Positions 49,505 to 60,144 of a DNA stretch of 64,000 nucleotides are shown one piece after another. Numbering within the stretch: position 1 is the first letter of the stretch; each line of letters starts with the position of its first letter. This stretch comes from Candidatus Hydrogenedens sp. (GTDB taxonomy: Bacteria; Hydrogenedentota; Hydrogenedentia; Hydrogenedentales; Hydrogenedentaceae). The notes beneath the pieces were generated by a model, which ran no database searches, was not told where the DNA came from, and saw only the letters and a program-made list of their open reading frames with translations. Where the stretch lies: positions 1 to 64,000 of the forward strand of contig JBMFRC010000002.1 in NCBI GenBank assembly GCA_049968235.1, written 5' to 3'. The position numbers and the translations under genes were made by a program.

Positions 49505-50754
49505 TTCAACAACGCATCGCAGAAGAAGGTTTTTTAACGCCTGAAGAAATTTCTCAATTTGTTCATCAAGTTTGTTCCGATTTAGAAGTTCAGGGGAAAA
49601 AAGCCCTGGTAATTATTCCTGACCAGACTCGTAGTATGCCCATGCCACTAATGTTTCGTGCTTTAACATCTGTATTATCAGGTAAGGCTCACAAATTAGA
49701 TTTTATCATAGCATTAGGTACACATCCCCCTTTATCAGAAAGTATGATTTATAAACTATTAGGCATCACACCTGAAGAAAAATTGACATTATATAAAAAC
49801 ATTAATATCTTTAATCACGCATGGCAGGACCCAAATGTTTTACACCTTTTAGGAGTTATATCTCGGGAAAAGGTTCATGAATTTTCCAATGGCTTACTGA
49901 ATCAGGAAGTCCCTGTTCAGATTAATCGTATTATTCTTGATTACGATGTTCTCCTTATTGTAGGACCTGTATTTCCTCATGAAGTTGTTGGCTTTAGTGG
50001 TGGAAATAAATATTTCTTCCCCGGTATTTCCGGGCCTGACTTCTTAAATGTATTCCATTGGTTAGGGGCACTCATCACCAATATTGAGATTAATGGCGTT
50101 AAAAATACCCCTGTCCGACAGTTAATTGATTATGCGAGTTCCATGATTCAAAAAGAAAAATATTGCTTTGCTCTGAATGTTGAACATGATAAAACACGAG
50201 CTATTTTCTTTGGTACACCGGAAGAAGCCTGGGATATAGCATCCGATTTATCCGCTCAAACACACATAATTTACAAACCTCGCACTTACCATTCGGTTCT
50301 GGCAGAATCGCCCCTTATGTATGATGAAATATGGACTGCCGGGAAGTGTATGTATAAATTAGAACCTGTTGTCTCGGATGATGGAGAACTTATCATTTAC
50401 GGACCTCATATCAAAGAAATTAGCGTTACACATGGACATTTAATTCGTAAAATCGGTTATCATACCCGTGATTATTTTCTTGCACAGATGGATAAATTCC
50501 GAGACATCCCCGGTGGTGTTTTAGCTCATTCTACACATGTTCGCGGAATAGGAACTTATGTCAATGGTATCGAAAAACCACGAGTAAAAGTAACTTTAGC
50601 TACATCCATTCCTAAAACAATATGTGAAGAAATTAATCTGGGCTATCGAGACCCATGTTCGATAAACATAGAGGACTGGAAAAATCGAGAAGATGATGGG
50701 ATTCTTTTTGTACCACAGGCGGGGGAAGTTCTTTATCGTGTGAGAAAGATATAA
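49501..50754 (+). CDS. LarA-like (DUF2088, nickel-dependent lactate racemase family) protein
   Basis: VIIPDQTRSMPMP, IIALGTHPPL and GFSGGNKYFFPG resemble the LarA DhTRP / GTHR / GGRK blocks. The start overlaps the pdxB stop (ATGA). Confidence 0.5.
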   Translation: MIQQRIAEEGFLTPEEISQFVHQVCSDLEVQGKKALVIIPDQTRSMPMPLMFRALTSVLSGKAHKLDFIIALGTHPPLSESMIYKLLGITPEEKLTLYKNINIFNHAWQDPNVLHLLGVISREKVHEFSNGLLNQEVPVQINRIILDYDVLLIVGPVFPHEVVGFSGGNKYFFPGISGPDFLNVFHWLGALITNIEINGVKNTPVRQLIDYASSMIQKEKYCFALNVEHDKTRAIFFGTPEEAWDIASDLSAQTHIIYKPRTYHSVLAESPLMYDEIWTAGKCMYKLEPVVSDDGELIIYGPHIKEISVTHGHLIRKIGYHTRDYFLAQMDKFRDIPGGVLAHSTHVRGIGTYVNGIEKPRVKVTLATSIPKTICEEINLGYRDPCSINIEDWKNREDDGILFVPQAGEVLYRVRKI

Positions 50755-50830
50755 TAGGTTACTTCCACATAGGAAATTCAATCATTTAAAATATTAATTT
50801 ATCCAATCAAACTTTGGAAAGGAGAAGAAA

Positions 50831-52117
50831 ATGCCTAAAAATGTTATCGTTGCTCAGTCCGGTGGACCCAGCCCTGTAATAAATAATTCACTTCGTGGTG
50901 TAATTGAAACTTGCGAAATGTTTCCTGAAACATTCGGTACAGTTTATGCTGGCTGGCATGGAATTGAAGGCGTTATTAAGGAAGAACTTCTAAATTTATC
51001 AGAACAAAGCCCAGAGGAAATTGCTTTGCTACGCCATACACCAGCAGCAGGTTCCATCGGCACATGTCGTTATAAGTTAAAAAAAGGACAGGATGAGGAT
51101 TATCGACGGATTATTGATGTAATGAAAGCCCACGATATTGGTTACTTTTTTTACATCGGTGGAAACGACTCGATGGATACTGCAAACAAAGTAAGCAAAT
51201 TAGCCTTAGAACAAGGTCTTGACTTAGTAGCAGTGGGTATTCCCAAAACAATAGATAATGATGTAGGAGATTCTGAATTCAAACTTATTGACCATACCCC
51301 GGGTTATGGAAGTGTTGCCCGTTACTGGATGTGTATGGTCCAGAATGCAGAAGAGGAAAATCGCGGCTCCTGTCCAGCAGACCCTGTTCTGGTTTTACAA
51401 GCCATGGGCAGAAAAATCGGTTTCATTCCTGCATCTGCACGGTTAGCAGACCCAGAGCGACAGATACCTCTTCAAATATACATGACCGAATCAAAAGTTA
51501 CTCCCGAACAAATGTGCGACCTTGTAAACGACCAACTTAAACGCGACGGGCGTTGCATTATCGTTGTAAGTGAAGGCTTTGAAGTTGGTGAAATCGGTGA
51601 ACTTAAAGACAGTTTCGGGCATACTCAGTTCGGTTCTGCAAAGTTAACTGCAAGTCAGAAAATTGTAAATCTGCTCAATGAAAAAGGATTGGCAGTTCGT
51701 GGTTCTGCCCGTGGACAGGTTATGGGAACTGACCAGCGTTCATCTGCCATTTATGCTTCCACCGTAGACTTGGACGAAGCATATAATGTGGCACAAAAGG
51801 CAGTTCTTATCGCTTTAGAAGGGGAAAATGGCTGGATGGCTACGATATTAAGGACACCCGGGACTATTTACCATGTCTATTATGATAAAGTCCCGTTAGA
51901 AAAGGTAGCAAATTCGGAGCGGACATTTCCAGAAGCATGGATAGCCCCCAATAGAATTGATGTGACAGACGATTTTATTAAATATGCCATGCCCCTGGTT
52001 GGTGAAGAATGGGCAAGTGTTCCATTAGTAAATGGGAGACAACGGTTTACTCAATTTAAACCGATTTTTGCTGAAAAGAAATTATCTGACTATGTTCCTC
52101 AGGGGTATCGAAAATAA
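50831..52117 (+). CDS. PFK-family phosphofructokinase, possibly PPi-dependent
   Basis: SGGPSPVINN, IGGNDSMDTA and GIPKTIDNDV motifs. Confidence 0.7.
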   Translation: MPKNVIVAQSGGPSPVINNSLRGVIETCEMFPETFGTVYAGWHGIEGVIKEELLNLSEQSPEEIALLRHTPAAGSIGTCRYKLKKGQDEDYRRIIDVMKAHDIGYFFYIGGNDSMDTANKVSKLALEQGLDLVAVGIPKTIDNDVGDSEFKLIDHTPGYGSVARYWMCMVQNAEEENRGSCPADPVLVLQAMGRKIGFIPASARLADPERQIPLQIYMTESKVTPEQMCDLVNDQLKRDGRCIIVVSEGFEVGEIGELKDSFGHTQFGSAKLTASQKIVNLLNEKGLAVRGSARGQVMGTDQRSSAIYASTVDLDEAYNVAQKAVLIALEGENGWMATILRTPGTIYHVYYDKVPLEKVANSERTFPEAWIAPNRIDVTDDFIKYAMPLVGEEWASVPLVNGRQRFTQFKPIFAEKKLSDYVPQGYRK

Positions 52118-52174
52118 CATTTACGATATAATTCTTTTAAAATTAAACGAATATAAATATAAAAGGAGAATCAT

Positions 52175-53629
52175 ATGAACGAACTTAAAGACATTGGATT
52201 AGTGGGTTTAGCGGTAATGGGTGAAAACCTGGTATTAAACATGGAAAGCAAGGGATTTAGTGTCGCTGTGTTTAATCGCACTGTATCCAAAGTAGATGAT
52301 TTTATTAACGGACGTGCAAAAGGGAAGAATATAAAAGGTTGCCATTCTTTACAAGAACTTGTAAATAGTCTAAAAAAACCCCGCAAAATTATGCTCATGG
52401 TAAAAGCAGGCCAGGCGGTAGATGATTTTATTGAACAACTTATCCCATTAGTAGATCCGGGAGATATTATTATTGATGGAGGAAACAGCCATTTCCCTGA
52501 TACAACTCGAAGAACGAAATATTTAGAAAGTAAAGGTCTTCTATATATAGGCACAGGTGTATCCGGTGGAGAAGAAGGGGCTTTGAAAGGTCCGTCCATG
52601 ATGCCCGGTGGCTCTCCTCAAGCATGGGAACATGTTAAAAACATTTTTCAATCCATCTGTGCAAAAACTCCTGAAGGGGAACCTTGTTGTGATTGGGTAG
52701 GTGAAAATGGAGCCGGTCATTTCGTAAAAATGGTGCACAATGGTATTGAATATGGCGATATGCAAATGATTTGCGAGACATATCACCTGATGAAGCATGG
52801 ACTTGAAATGACAAATGAAGAAATGCATCAAGTCTTTTCAGAATGGTATGAAGGTGAGTTAAATTCCTATTTAATTGAAATCACACGAGATATCCTTGCT
52901 TATAAAAATGAAGAAGGACATTATGTTGTAGACCTCATTTTAGATACTGCTGGACAGAAAGGCACAGGGAAATGGACGGTCATTTCTGCTTTGGATGAAG
53001 GACAGCCTTTAACCGCTATTGCAGAAGCAGTATTTGCTCGTTGTTTATCTGCTATCAAAGCAGAGCGTGTAAAAGCCAGTCAAACATTACAGGGTAAAGT
53101 AACTACTTTTACAGGCGATAAAAAGCAATTTATTAACGACCTCCGCAAGGCCCTCTATGCATCTAAAATTGTAAGTTATGCTCAGGGTTACCAATTGATG
53201 CGTTCCGCTGCAAAAACTTATAATTGGAACTTAAATTATGGTGGTATTGCGTTAATGTGGCGGGGAGGTTGTATTATCCGTTCTGTGTTCTTAGGCAAAA
53301 TAAAAGAAGCCTTTGACAGAAATCCCAATCTGGAAAATCTATTGTTAGACCCATTTTTTGCAGGTATAGTTAATGATACACAAGATAGCTGGCGTCGGGT
53401 TGTTTCTACTGCAGTCCAATTAGGAATTCCTGTCCCTGCTATCAGTTCTGCATTATGTTATTTTGATGGTTATCGTAGTGCCTGGCTTCCAGCAAATTTA
53501 CTTCAAGCACAACGCGATTATTTCGGTGCTCATACCTATGAACGAGTAGACAAACCCAGAGGTGAATTTTTCCATACCAACTGGACCGGGCGTGGTGGTT
53601 CAACTTCTGCTTCAACTTATACTGTATAA
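52175..53629 (+). CDS. gnd: 6-phosphogluconate dehydrogenase (decarboxylating)
   Basis: IGLVGLAVMGENLVLNMESKGFSVAVFNRT is near-identical in layout to the Gnd N-terminus, and the length fits. Confidence 0.85.
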   Translation: MNELKDIGLVGLAVMGENLVLNMESKGFSVAVFNRTVSKVDDFINGRAKGKNIKGCHSLQELVNSLKKPRKIMLMVKAGQAVDDFIEQLIPLVDPGDIIIDGGNSHFPDTTRRTKYLESKGLLYIGTGVSGGEEGALKGPSMMPGGSPQAWEHVKNIFQSICAKTPEGEPCCDWVGENGAGHFVKMVHNGIEYGDMQMICETYHLMKHGLEMTNEEMHQVFSEWYEGELNSYLIEITRDILAYKNEEGHYVVDLILDTAGQKGTGKWTVISALDEGQPLTAIAEAVFARCLSAIKAERVKASQTLQGKVTTFTGDKKQFINDLRKALYASKIVSYAQGYQLMRSAAKTYNWNLNYGGIALMWRGGCIIRSVFLGKIKEAFDRNPNLENLLLDPFFAGIVNDTQDSWRRVVSTAVQLGIPVPAISSALCYFDGYRSAWLPANLLQAQRDYFGAHTYERVDKPRGEFFHTNWTGRGGSTSASTYTV

Positions 53630-53634
53630 GAATT

Positions 53635-54435
53635 ATGAGTGGATTACATCCGGCGATACTTGCTTTAATCGCAACACTATTTACATGGTTCATGACATTG
53701 TTAGGGGCTTTGCCTGCTTTGTGGTCAAAGCCCATACCTCAAAGAATCCTTGATGGAACATTAGGAATGGCAGCAGGAGTCATGATTGCAGCATCCTTCT
53801 GGTCATTATTGGAACCTGCAATCGAGATGAGTAAAGAAATGGATATACCTTCATGGTTACCTGCTGTTATTGGCTTTTTATTAGGAGGTATTGCCCTATG
53901 GGCTATGGACAAGATACTCCCCCATTTACATCAAGGATTATCTATTGAAAATGCGGAAGGTATTCATACGAACTGGAAAAGAAGCACCCTTCTGGTAATG
54001 GCTATTACCCTACATAATATCCCCGAGGGATTAGCAGTTGGTGTTGCTTTCGGAGCCACAGCATACGGTATTCCGGGCGCATCCTTAACCGGGGCTATTG
54101 TTCTGGCTATCGGTATCGGTTTGCAAAATCTACCTGAAGGCACTGCCGTAGCATTACCCCTTCGTCGTGAAGGATTTTCCCCATGGAAAAGTTTCTTTGT
54201 GGGACAACTTTCCGGTATTGTTGAACCAATTGCTGGAGTAATAGGTGCTCTTGCTGTTTTAGTGGCAAGACCTATTTTACCATTTGCTTTAGCCTTTGCT
54301 GCAGGGGCTATGATTTTTGTCGTAGCAGAAGAATTAATTCCTGAATCACAAAAAGAAGGCGATACTGATTTGCCCACTGTAGGGGTTATGTTTGGTTTTG
54401 CCCTCATGATGTTTTTGGATGTAGCGTTGGGATAA
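53635..54435 (+). CDS. ZIP-family metal cation transporter
   Basis: HNIPEGLAVGVAF and NLPEGTAVALP metal-binding TM motifs. Confidence 0.75.
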   Translation: MSGLHPAILALIATLFTWFMTLLGALPALWSKPIPQRILDGTLGMAAGVMIAASFWSLLEPAIEMSKEMDIPSWLPAVIGFLLGGIALWAMDKILPHLHQGLSIENAEGIHTNWKRSTLLVMAITLHNIPEGLAVGVAFGATAYGIPGASLTGAIVLAIGIGLQNLPEGTAVALPLRREGFSPWKSFFVGQLSGIVEPIAGVIGALAVLVARPILPFALAFAAGAMIFVVAEELIPESQKEGDTDLPTVGVMFGFALMMFLDVALG

Positions 54436-54441
54436 CAATAT

Positions 54442-55428
54442 ATGAGCGAGAACACATTTAAAATTTTCGTTACACGCAATCTCCCCGAAAGAGGTTTAAT
54501 TTTACTCTATCAGAACTTCGGTGAAGAAAACATACAAATATATCCTGGTGAAACACCCATTCCTTATGAAGAATTATTGGCAAAGGTTAAAGGAATAGAT
54601 GCCCTTTTGTGTTTGCTCACAGATAAAATAGATGTGAGAATTATGGAACAGGCAGGACCCCAGTTAAAAATAATTGCAAATTATGCAGTTGGATATGATA
54701 ACATAGACATAGGTGAAGCAACGAAAAGGAAAATTGTCGTGACCAACACTCCCGGGGTTTTAACAGAAACAACAGCCGATTTAGCATGGGCACTTTTAAT
54801 GGCATCTGCACGCCGATTGGGAGAAGGGGAGCGATTGGTTCGTGCATCACAATGGGCAGGTTGGAACCCGACATTACTTTTAGGTATGGATATTCACGGG
54901 AAAACATTGGGTATCTTTGGTATGGGGAGAATCGGTCAGGCAGTAGCAAGAAGGGCTACAGGTTTCAATATGCGTGTTATTTATTACGATGTAACCGAAC
55001 CAAAACTACCTGAAGATATTAAAGCGACTCCTGTAGATAAAGAAACTCTATTAAAAGAATCTGATTTTATATCTATCCATTGTCCTCTGACGCGAAGCAC
55101 TTACCATGCTTTCGGAATCGATGAATTTAAGAAAATGAAACGGACCGCATGTATAATAAATACATCCCGGGGTCCTGTTATTGACGAAGAAGCATTGGCT
55201 CAGGCTCTTAAAGAAGGCTTCATATTCTCTGCGGGATTAGATGTCTTTGAAAAAGAACCCGAAATTCATCCCGATTTACTAAATTGTCCCAATGCTATTT
55301 TAATACCTCATTTAGGAAGTGCGTCGGTTGAAACCCGCTCCCGTATGGCGGAGATTGCTGCACAAAATATTATTGCTCGTCTTAACGGGGAAAAACCACC
55401 CAACCCAGTAAATCCTGAAGTTCTTTAA
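54442..55428 (+). CDS. D-isomer-specific 2-hydroxyacid dehydrogenase (glyoxylate/hydroxypyruvate reductase-like)
   Basis: GIFGMGRIGQAVARR NAD-binding motif and a HLGSAS catalytic His region. Confidence 0.75.
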   Translation: MSENTFKIFVTRNLPERGLILLYQNFGEENIQIYPGETPIPYEELLAKVKGIDALLCLLTDKIDVRIMEQAGPQLKIIANYAVGYDNIDIGEATKRKIVVTNTPGVLTETTADLAWALLMASARRLGEGERLVRASQWAGWNPTLLLGMDIHGKTLGIFGMGRIGQAVARRATGFNMRVIYYDVTEPKLPEDIKATPVDKETLLKESDFISIHCPLTRSTYHAFGIDEFKKMKRTACIINTSRGPVIDEEALAQALKEGFIFSAGLDVFEKEPEIHPDLLNCPNAILIPHLGSASVETRSRMAEIAAQNIIARLNGEKPPNPVNPEVL

Positions 55429-55452
55429 TCACTCTTATGAGCGGGAAATTAA

Positions 55453-56373
55453 TTACATCTCTCGATATCGGAAAAATACCCACAGAACCCCTACCGCAGA
55501 GATAACACACAAAACAACAATTAAGTAGAATATATGAGGATGATGTTGCGCTGGAATGGGGACATTCATTGAAAACAAACTTACAATAAATGTTGGGACC
55601 ATCAATGCTATCGTAATAATGTTCAACAATTTCATCAATACATTTAAATTATTACTTACGATAGAAGCCCGTGCATCCATCAAGTTTGATAATACTGTGG
55701 AATGGATATCTGCCACACGAAAACATTGGTCATTCTCAATAATTAAATCATCCAAAAATTCCTTTCCTTCCTCACTTAAACCTATCTTATCCGCGCCTGC
55801 ACGGAGTTTTGCGAGAATAAGTCCATTTCCGTGAATAGCATTTAAGTAATAAACCAAACTTTTTTCTAACGCAAATAGATTGATGAGGAATTTATTTTCC
55901 AGTGAACGATTTATCCGATATTCAACCTCTTCTGCAACCATATTTATAACTTTAAGGTGTTCAATGAAATGGGAGATACAATTATATACAACACGAAGTA
56001 TTATATCGGGTGCTGACGATAACCCTGCTTGTAGTTTATTAGAAAATAATGGTGTATCCTCACTGGAAATAATAATAACTCTGTCCTTAAATAAAAATAA
56101 ACCTATAGAAATGACTTTAAAATGATATTCATCTTCAGCGGAATAATTTTTAGGTTTTTTCACAATAAATGCTACATGGTCTTGTTCATATTCAACACGG
56201 GCAAGTTCGTCAGGGTCCAATGCGGAGTTTAGGGTGTGCTCGTCAATCTGGAGTTTATCTATAAGTATTTTTTTCTCGTCTATACTCGGCTTAATATATA
56301 CTTCAATTACAGCCCCTTTTTCTTCAGGGACTTCTACAATCTTACCTTGATGAATTTTGTAAAATCTCCGCAT
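55453..56373 (-). CDS. CorA-family divalent cation channel with SMN variant of the GMN motif
   Basis: Two C-terminal TM helices: ITIALMVPTFIVSLFSMNVP, then IFYLIVVLCVISAVGVLWVFF. Confidence 0.6.
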   Translation of the reverse strand: MRRFYKIHQGKIVEVPEEKGAVIEVYIKPSIDEKKILIDKLQIDEHTLNSALDPDELARVEYEQDHVAFIVKKPKNYSAEDEYHFKVISIGLFLFKDRVIIISSEDTPLFSNKLQAGLSSAPDIILRVVYNCISHFIEHLKVINMVAEEVEYRINRSLENKFLINLFALEKSLVYYLNAIHGNGLILAKLRAGADKIGLSEEGKEFLDDLIIENDQCFRVADIHSTVLSNLMDARASIVSNNLNVLMKLLNIITIALMVPTFIVSLFSMNVPIPAQHHPHIFYLIVVLCVISAVGVLWVFFRYREM

Positions 56374-56526
56374 GACTTCTCCCTTCTACTGATATTTCAT
56401 GAACAAACTTAGTCCATGGGTGGAAGTTCCTTCTGTTATTATTTCGTTTTTTTTGAGATTTCCCCTACCCTGCAAGATATTTCTCAGAAATATTATAACT
56501 CTTTTAATTCGTTTTCTTCAAAAAAC

Positions 56527-57483
56527 TTATTTCTTTCCAAATCCTTTTTTGATTTTATCAAATAAATCCCTACAACTATTTACGAATGTTTTCAAGATAT
56601 AAAGCGGATTAAATTTTGATGTTTTTTCTTCAACTGCCAGTTCCTGTCTTTCTTTCCATAATTTATATAGATTCAATAATGCATCTCTAAATTCTTTTGC
56701 AGACTGAAATCTTTCATCAGGATTACTTGCTGTGGCTTTATCTAAAAATTCATCACATTCCCGGGGCAAATCTGGTTTTAATTTAGAAAGTTTATCACCA
56801 GGTTGAGGTCTTCTCCCTACCAGCATTTCAAAGAACATAATTCCCAATGGATAAATGTCTGCCCTTTTATCTACTCCCGCTGCATTCTTTCTTTGTTCAG
56901 GTGCAGAATATTGAATCTTCCCTAAATTAGCTCCGACCATTGTTAAAGGAGTCTGGTCATCATTCAATTTTGCCAGTCCAAAATCCATTAAACGAACAGA
57001 ACCGTCCCTACAAACCATTATGTTATCCGGAGAAATATCCCTGTGAATCGTAATTTTATGAGCATGTTCCAGAGCATCTGCAATTAACGCTAAAATACGA
57101 ACTGTATTACCAAACGATAAAGGTCCTTTCTTCATAATCCAGTCACGAACACTCCGCCCATCCACATATTCCATCGTATAAAATAATTGTTCCCCTTCAA
57201 TCTGTGCATCGAATATCTTCACAATACAGGGATGATTTAATTGGCGAACTGCTTCCACTTCACGAAGAAATCGTGCAATTGCCCTCTGATTATGCTGATA
57301 CTGGGCTCGCATTAATTTCAGAGCTAATTTCTGATGTGTTTGCCTATCCTGAACCAGAAATACCTTACCCATTCCACCTCTTCCTAATGGCTTTAGAACT
57401 TCATACCTATCCGCAATTATATATGTCTCATGTTCATTGTTTGATTCTATATCTTTTGTCTCCAATGAAAGTTTCCTTCTCAT
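56527..57483 (-). CDS. Ser/Thr protein kinase (kinase domain only)
   Basis: GRGGMGKV, ALKLM, HRDISPDNIMV, DFGLAK and SAPE motifs. Confidence 0.75.
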   Translation of the reverse strand: MRRKLSLETKDIESNNEHETYIIADRYEVLKPLGRGGMGKVFLVQDRQTHQKLALKLMRAQYQHNQRAIARFLREVEAVRQLNHPCIVKIFDAQIEGEQLFYTMEYVDGRSVRDWIMKKGPLSFGNTVRILALIADALEHAHKITIHRDISPDNIMVCRDGSVRLMDFGLAKLNDDQTPLTMVGANLGKIQYSAPEQRKNAAGVDKRADIYPLGIMFFEMLVGRRPQPGDKLSKLKPDLPRECDEFLDKATASNPDERFQSAKEFRDALLNLYKLWKERQELAVEEKTSKFNPLYILKTFVNSCRDLFDKIKKGFGKK

Positions 57484-57557
57484 ATGATTTTTCGGATAAC
57501 CTTCTTGTTATTATAATACTATTACTATCATATAAAATACTCAATTTTTATATATTT

Positions 57558-58211
57558 ATGGATTATTCTTCTGCTCGAAAATCAATGGTTGAATATCAGT
57601 TAAAATCACGAGGTATTCAGTCTCCGGATGTGCTTCGTATTATGGAAAAGGTCCCCCGTCATTTATTTGTCCCTGAAGAACTCCAAGAATACGCATACGA
57701 GGACCACCCTTTAAGCATTGGTTGTGGACAGACAATATCCCAACCTTATATGGTAGCCATTATGACTGAACTATTAAAATTAAAATCATCTGATAAAGTC
57801 TTAGAAGTAGGAACAGGCTCTGGCTATCAAACTGCTGTTATAGCCGAACTTGCTCATTATGTAATAAGTATAGAACGAATACCGGAACTTGCAGAAGGAG
57901 CGGAACAACGATTGACAAATTTAGGGTATACAAATGTAAAAATTATATGTGGAGATGGTTCTATAGGCTACCCTCCAGAATCACCCTATGATGCTATTAT
58001 TGTTACTGCTGGAAGTCCTGAAGTCCCCGAATCATTAAAGAAACAATTAAATGAAGGTGGGAGGCTTATTATTCCCGTAGGGGGAAGTAATTTACAGGTT
58101 TTATTAAAAATTGTTAAACAAGGGAATGATTACTTGATAGAAAAACACACTTCCTGCATTTTTGTTCCTTTGATTGGTAATGAAGGCTGGAAAAGGTCTG
58201 GAGAAAATTAA
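57558..58211 (+). CDS. pcm: Protein-L-isoaspartate O-methyltransferase
   Basis: VLEVGTGSGYQTA SAM motif and a PCMT-family N-terminus. The track ORF start at 57204 is an extension overlapping the kinase gene. Confidence 0.8.
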   Translation: MDYSSARKSMVEYQLKSRGIQSPDVLRIMEKVPRHLFVPEELQEYAYEDHPLSIGCGQTISQPYMVAIMTELLKLKSSDKVLEVGTGSGYQTAVIAELAHYVISIERIPELAEGAEQRLTNLGYTNVKIICGDGSIGYPPESPYDAIIVTAGSPEVPESLKKQLNEGGRLIIPVGGSNLQVLLKIVKQGNDYLIEKHTSCIFVPLIGNEGWKRSGEN

Positions 58212-58323
58212 AGTATGCAGAAATACCTGAATATAAGTTAAAATATATATATTTCTTCTCTTTCCTATAAATAGTGTAAAAGAATAACCCATACGGGGAA
58301 TCTGAAAGAATCAAAAAACACGC

Positions 58324-60132
58324 ATGAATCAGGAATATATAAGAAATTTTTGTATTATTGCTCATGTAGACCACGGTAAATCTACATTAGCAGACCGTCT
58401 TCTTGAGTTTACAAAAACAGTTAGTGAACGGGAACTCCGAGAACAAACACTGGATACACTGGATATTGAACGCGAACGCGGGATTACAATCAAAGCAGTC
58501 TGTGTTCAGATGCAATATATACGAGATAACGGAGAACAATATACCCTTCATTTAATTGATACGCCCGGTCATGCAGATTTTTCCTATGAAGTTTCCCGTG
58601 CACTTGCTGCCTGTGAAGGGGCATTACTCCTCGTAGATGCTACACAGGGAGTTCAGGCTCAAACCCTTGCTCACGCATACAAAGCAGTAGCACAAGGTTT
58701 AGAAATCATACCGGTTATTAATAAAATTGATTTGCCCAGTGCCGATTGCGAAGATACGCGTCGTCAGATTGAAGAAGTATTAGGATTGGATGCTTCTGAC
58801 GCTATCTTAGCCAGTGCAAAAACTGGCACCGGGACAAAAGAAATTTTGGAAAGTATTGTTCAAAAAGTTCCTCATCCTAAGGGAAACCCCGATAGTCCTT
58901 TACGAGCCTTAATTTTTGATGCTAAATACGATACTTACCGTGGGGTTGTCGTCTATTTAAGAATTGTTGATGGCTCTTTACAAAAAGGACAAAAAATTCT
59001 TTTCATGTCCACCGGTGTAAAATATGAGGTAGATGAAGTTGGTATTTTTACCCCCAGCATGCGTCCCCAAAATACTTTATCAACGGGGGAAGTGGGATAC
59101 ATGATTTGCAATATAAAAAACATCAAAGATACAAAAATTGGAGATACTGTTACCGATGCCATTCATCCCGCCGAACAACCATTACCGGGGTATGAACATG
59201 TTAAACCTGTGGTATTCTGTGGTATGTATCCCGCTGTTTCACAGGATTATGATGAATTAAGAGATGCACTCGATAAGTTAGCACTTAACGATGCTTCTTT
59301 TGAATATAAACCTGATAGTTCTGATGCTCTGGGATTAGGTTTTCGTTTAGGCTTTCTGGGGCTTTTGCACATGGAGATTATTCAGGAACGGTTAGAGCGT
59401 GAGTTCGGGTTAAATCTTGTAATGACCATGCCGAATGTTGCCTATAAAGTGTTAAAAACAGATGGAGAGGAAATCATTGTTCAAAAAGCATCACAAATGC
59501 CACAACCCAGTGAAATTGAAGTCATTGAAGAACCCTATATTCAAGCAGATATTATTTGTCCTGTGGAATACCTGAGCGCAGTAATAGATTTATGCAAAAA
59601 GAAACGAGGCATTCATGTTAAAGTGGACTATCTGGACGCTAAACGTTGCCTTGCGGTATACCAATTACCTCTTGCAGAAATTGTAGTGGATTTCTACGAT
59701 AAACTTAAGACCTGTACACGTGGTTACGGCTCATTGGACTATACTATTATAGGGTACCGTCCCGGCGATTTGGTCAAATTAGATATACTTATTAATAACG
59801 ATATAATAGATGCTCTATCTGTAATTGTACACAAAGACCATGCTATATACATGGGAAGAGCATTAGCCAGTAAGTTAAGAAAACTCATACCTCGCCAACA
59901 ATTTGAAGTTGTTATTCAAGCGGCTATTGCAAGAAGAATTATCGTCAGGGAAACAATTAAACCCATTCGTAAAGATGTTCTGGCAAAATGTTACGGTGGA
60001 GATATAACGAGAAAGAGAAAACTTCTTGAAAAACAAAAAGAAGGCAAAAAGCGGATGAAACAAATAGGAGTCGTTGAAGTTCCTCAGGAAGCCTTTATGG
60101 CTCTATTAAAGGTAAATGAAGAAGCCGAATAG
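58324..60132 (+). CDS. lepA: Elongation factor 4
   Basis: [23 protein letters not shown], with LepA length and C-terminal domain. Confidence 0.9.
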   Translation: MNQEYIRNFCIIAHVDHGKSTLADRLLEFTKTVSERELREQTLDTLDIERERGITIKAVCVQMQYIRDNGEQYTLHLIDTPGHADFSYEVSRALAACEGALLLVDATQGVQAQTLAHAYKAVAQGLEIIPVINKIDLPSADCEDTRRQIEEVLGLDASDAILASAKTGTGTKEILESIVQKVPHPKGNPDSPLRALIFDAKYDTYRGVVVYLRIVDGSLQKGQKILFMSTGVKYEVDEVGIFTPSMRPQNTLSTGEVGYMICNIKNIKDTKIGDTVTDAIHPAEQPLPGYEHVKPVVFCGMYPAVSQDYDELRDALDKLALNDASFEYKPDSSDALGLGFRLGFLGLLHMEIIQERLEREFGLNLVMTMPNVAYKVLKTDGEEIIVQKASQMPQPSEIEVIEEPYIQADIICPVEYLSAVIDLCKKKRGIHVKVDYLDAKRCLAVYQLPLAEIVVDFYDKLKTCTRGYGSLDYTIIGYRPGDLVKLDILINNDIIDALSVIVHKDHAIYMGRALASKLRKLIPRQQFEVVIQAAIARRIIVRETIKPIRKDVLAKCYGGDITRKRKLLEKQKEGKKRMKQIGVVEVPQEAFMALLKVNEEAE

Positions 60133-60144
60133 GAATATTGTAAA

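Noticed and set aside
52171-52599. 142-aa minus-strand ORF overlapping the gnd 5' end
   Set aside because: gnd homology is unambiguous on the plus strand, so this is an antisense shadow ORF.
53964-54479. 171-aa minus-strand ORF antisense to the ZIP transporter
   Set aside because: The plus-strand ZIP gene has canonical metal-binding TM motifs. The antisense ORF is a Pro/Ala/Gly-rich shadow of a GC-richer coding region.
56399-56602. 67-aa plus-strand ORF between corA-like and the Ser/Thr kinase
   Set aside because: It overlaps the kinase 3' end on the opposite strand. The translation is hydrophobic and low-complexity with no RBS.
57204-57557. N-terminal 118-aa extension of pcm overlapping the Ser/Thr kinase gene
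   Set aside because: The kinase-domain gene on the opposite strand is clearly real. PCMT similarity begins at Met119.
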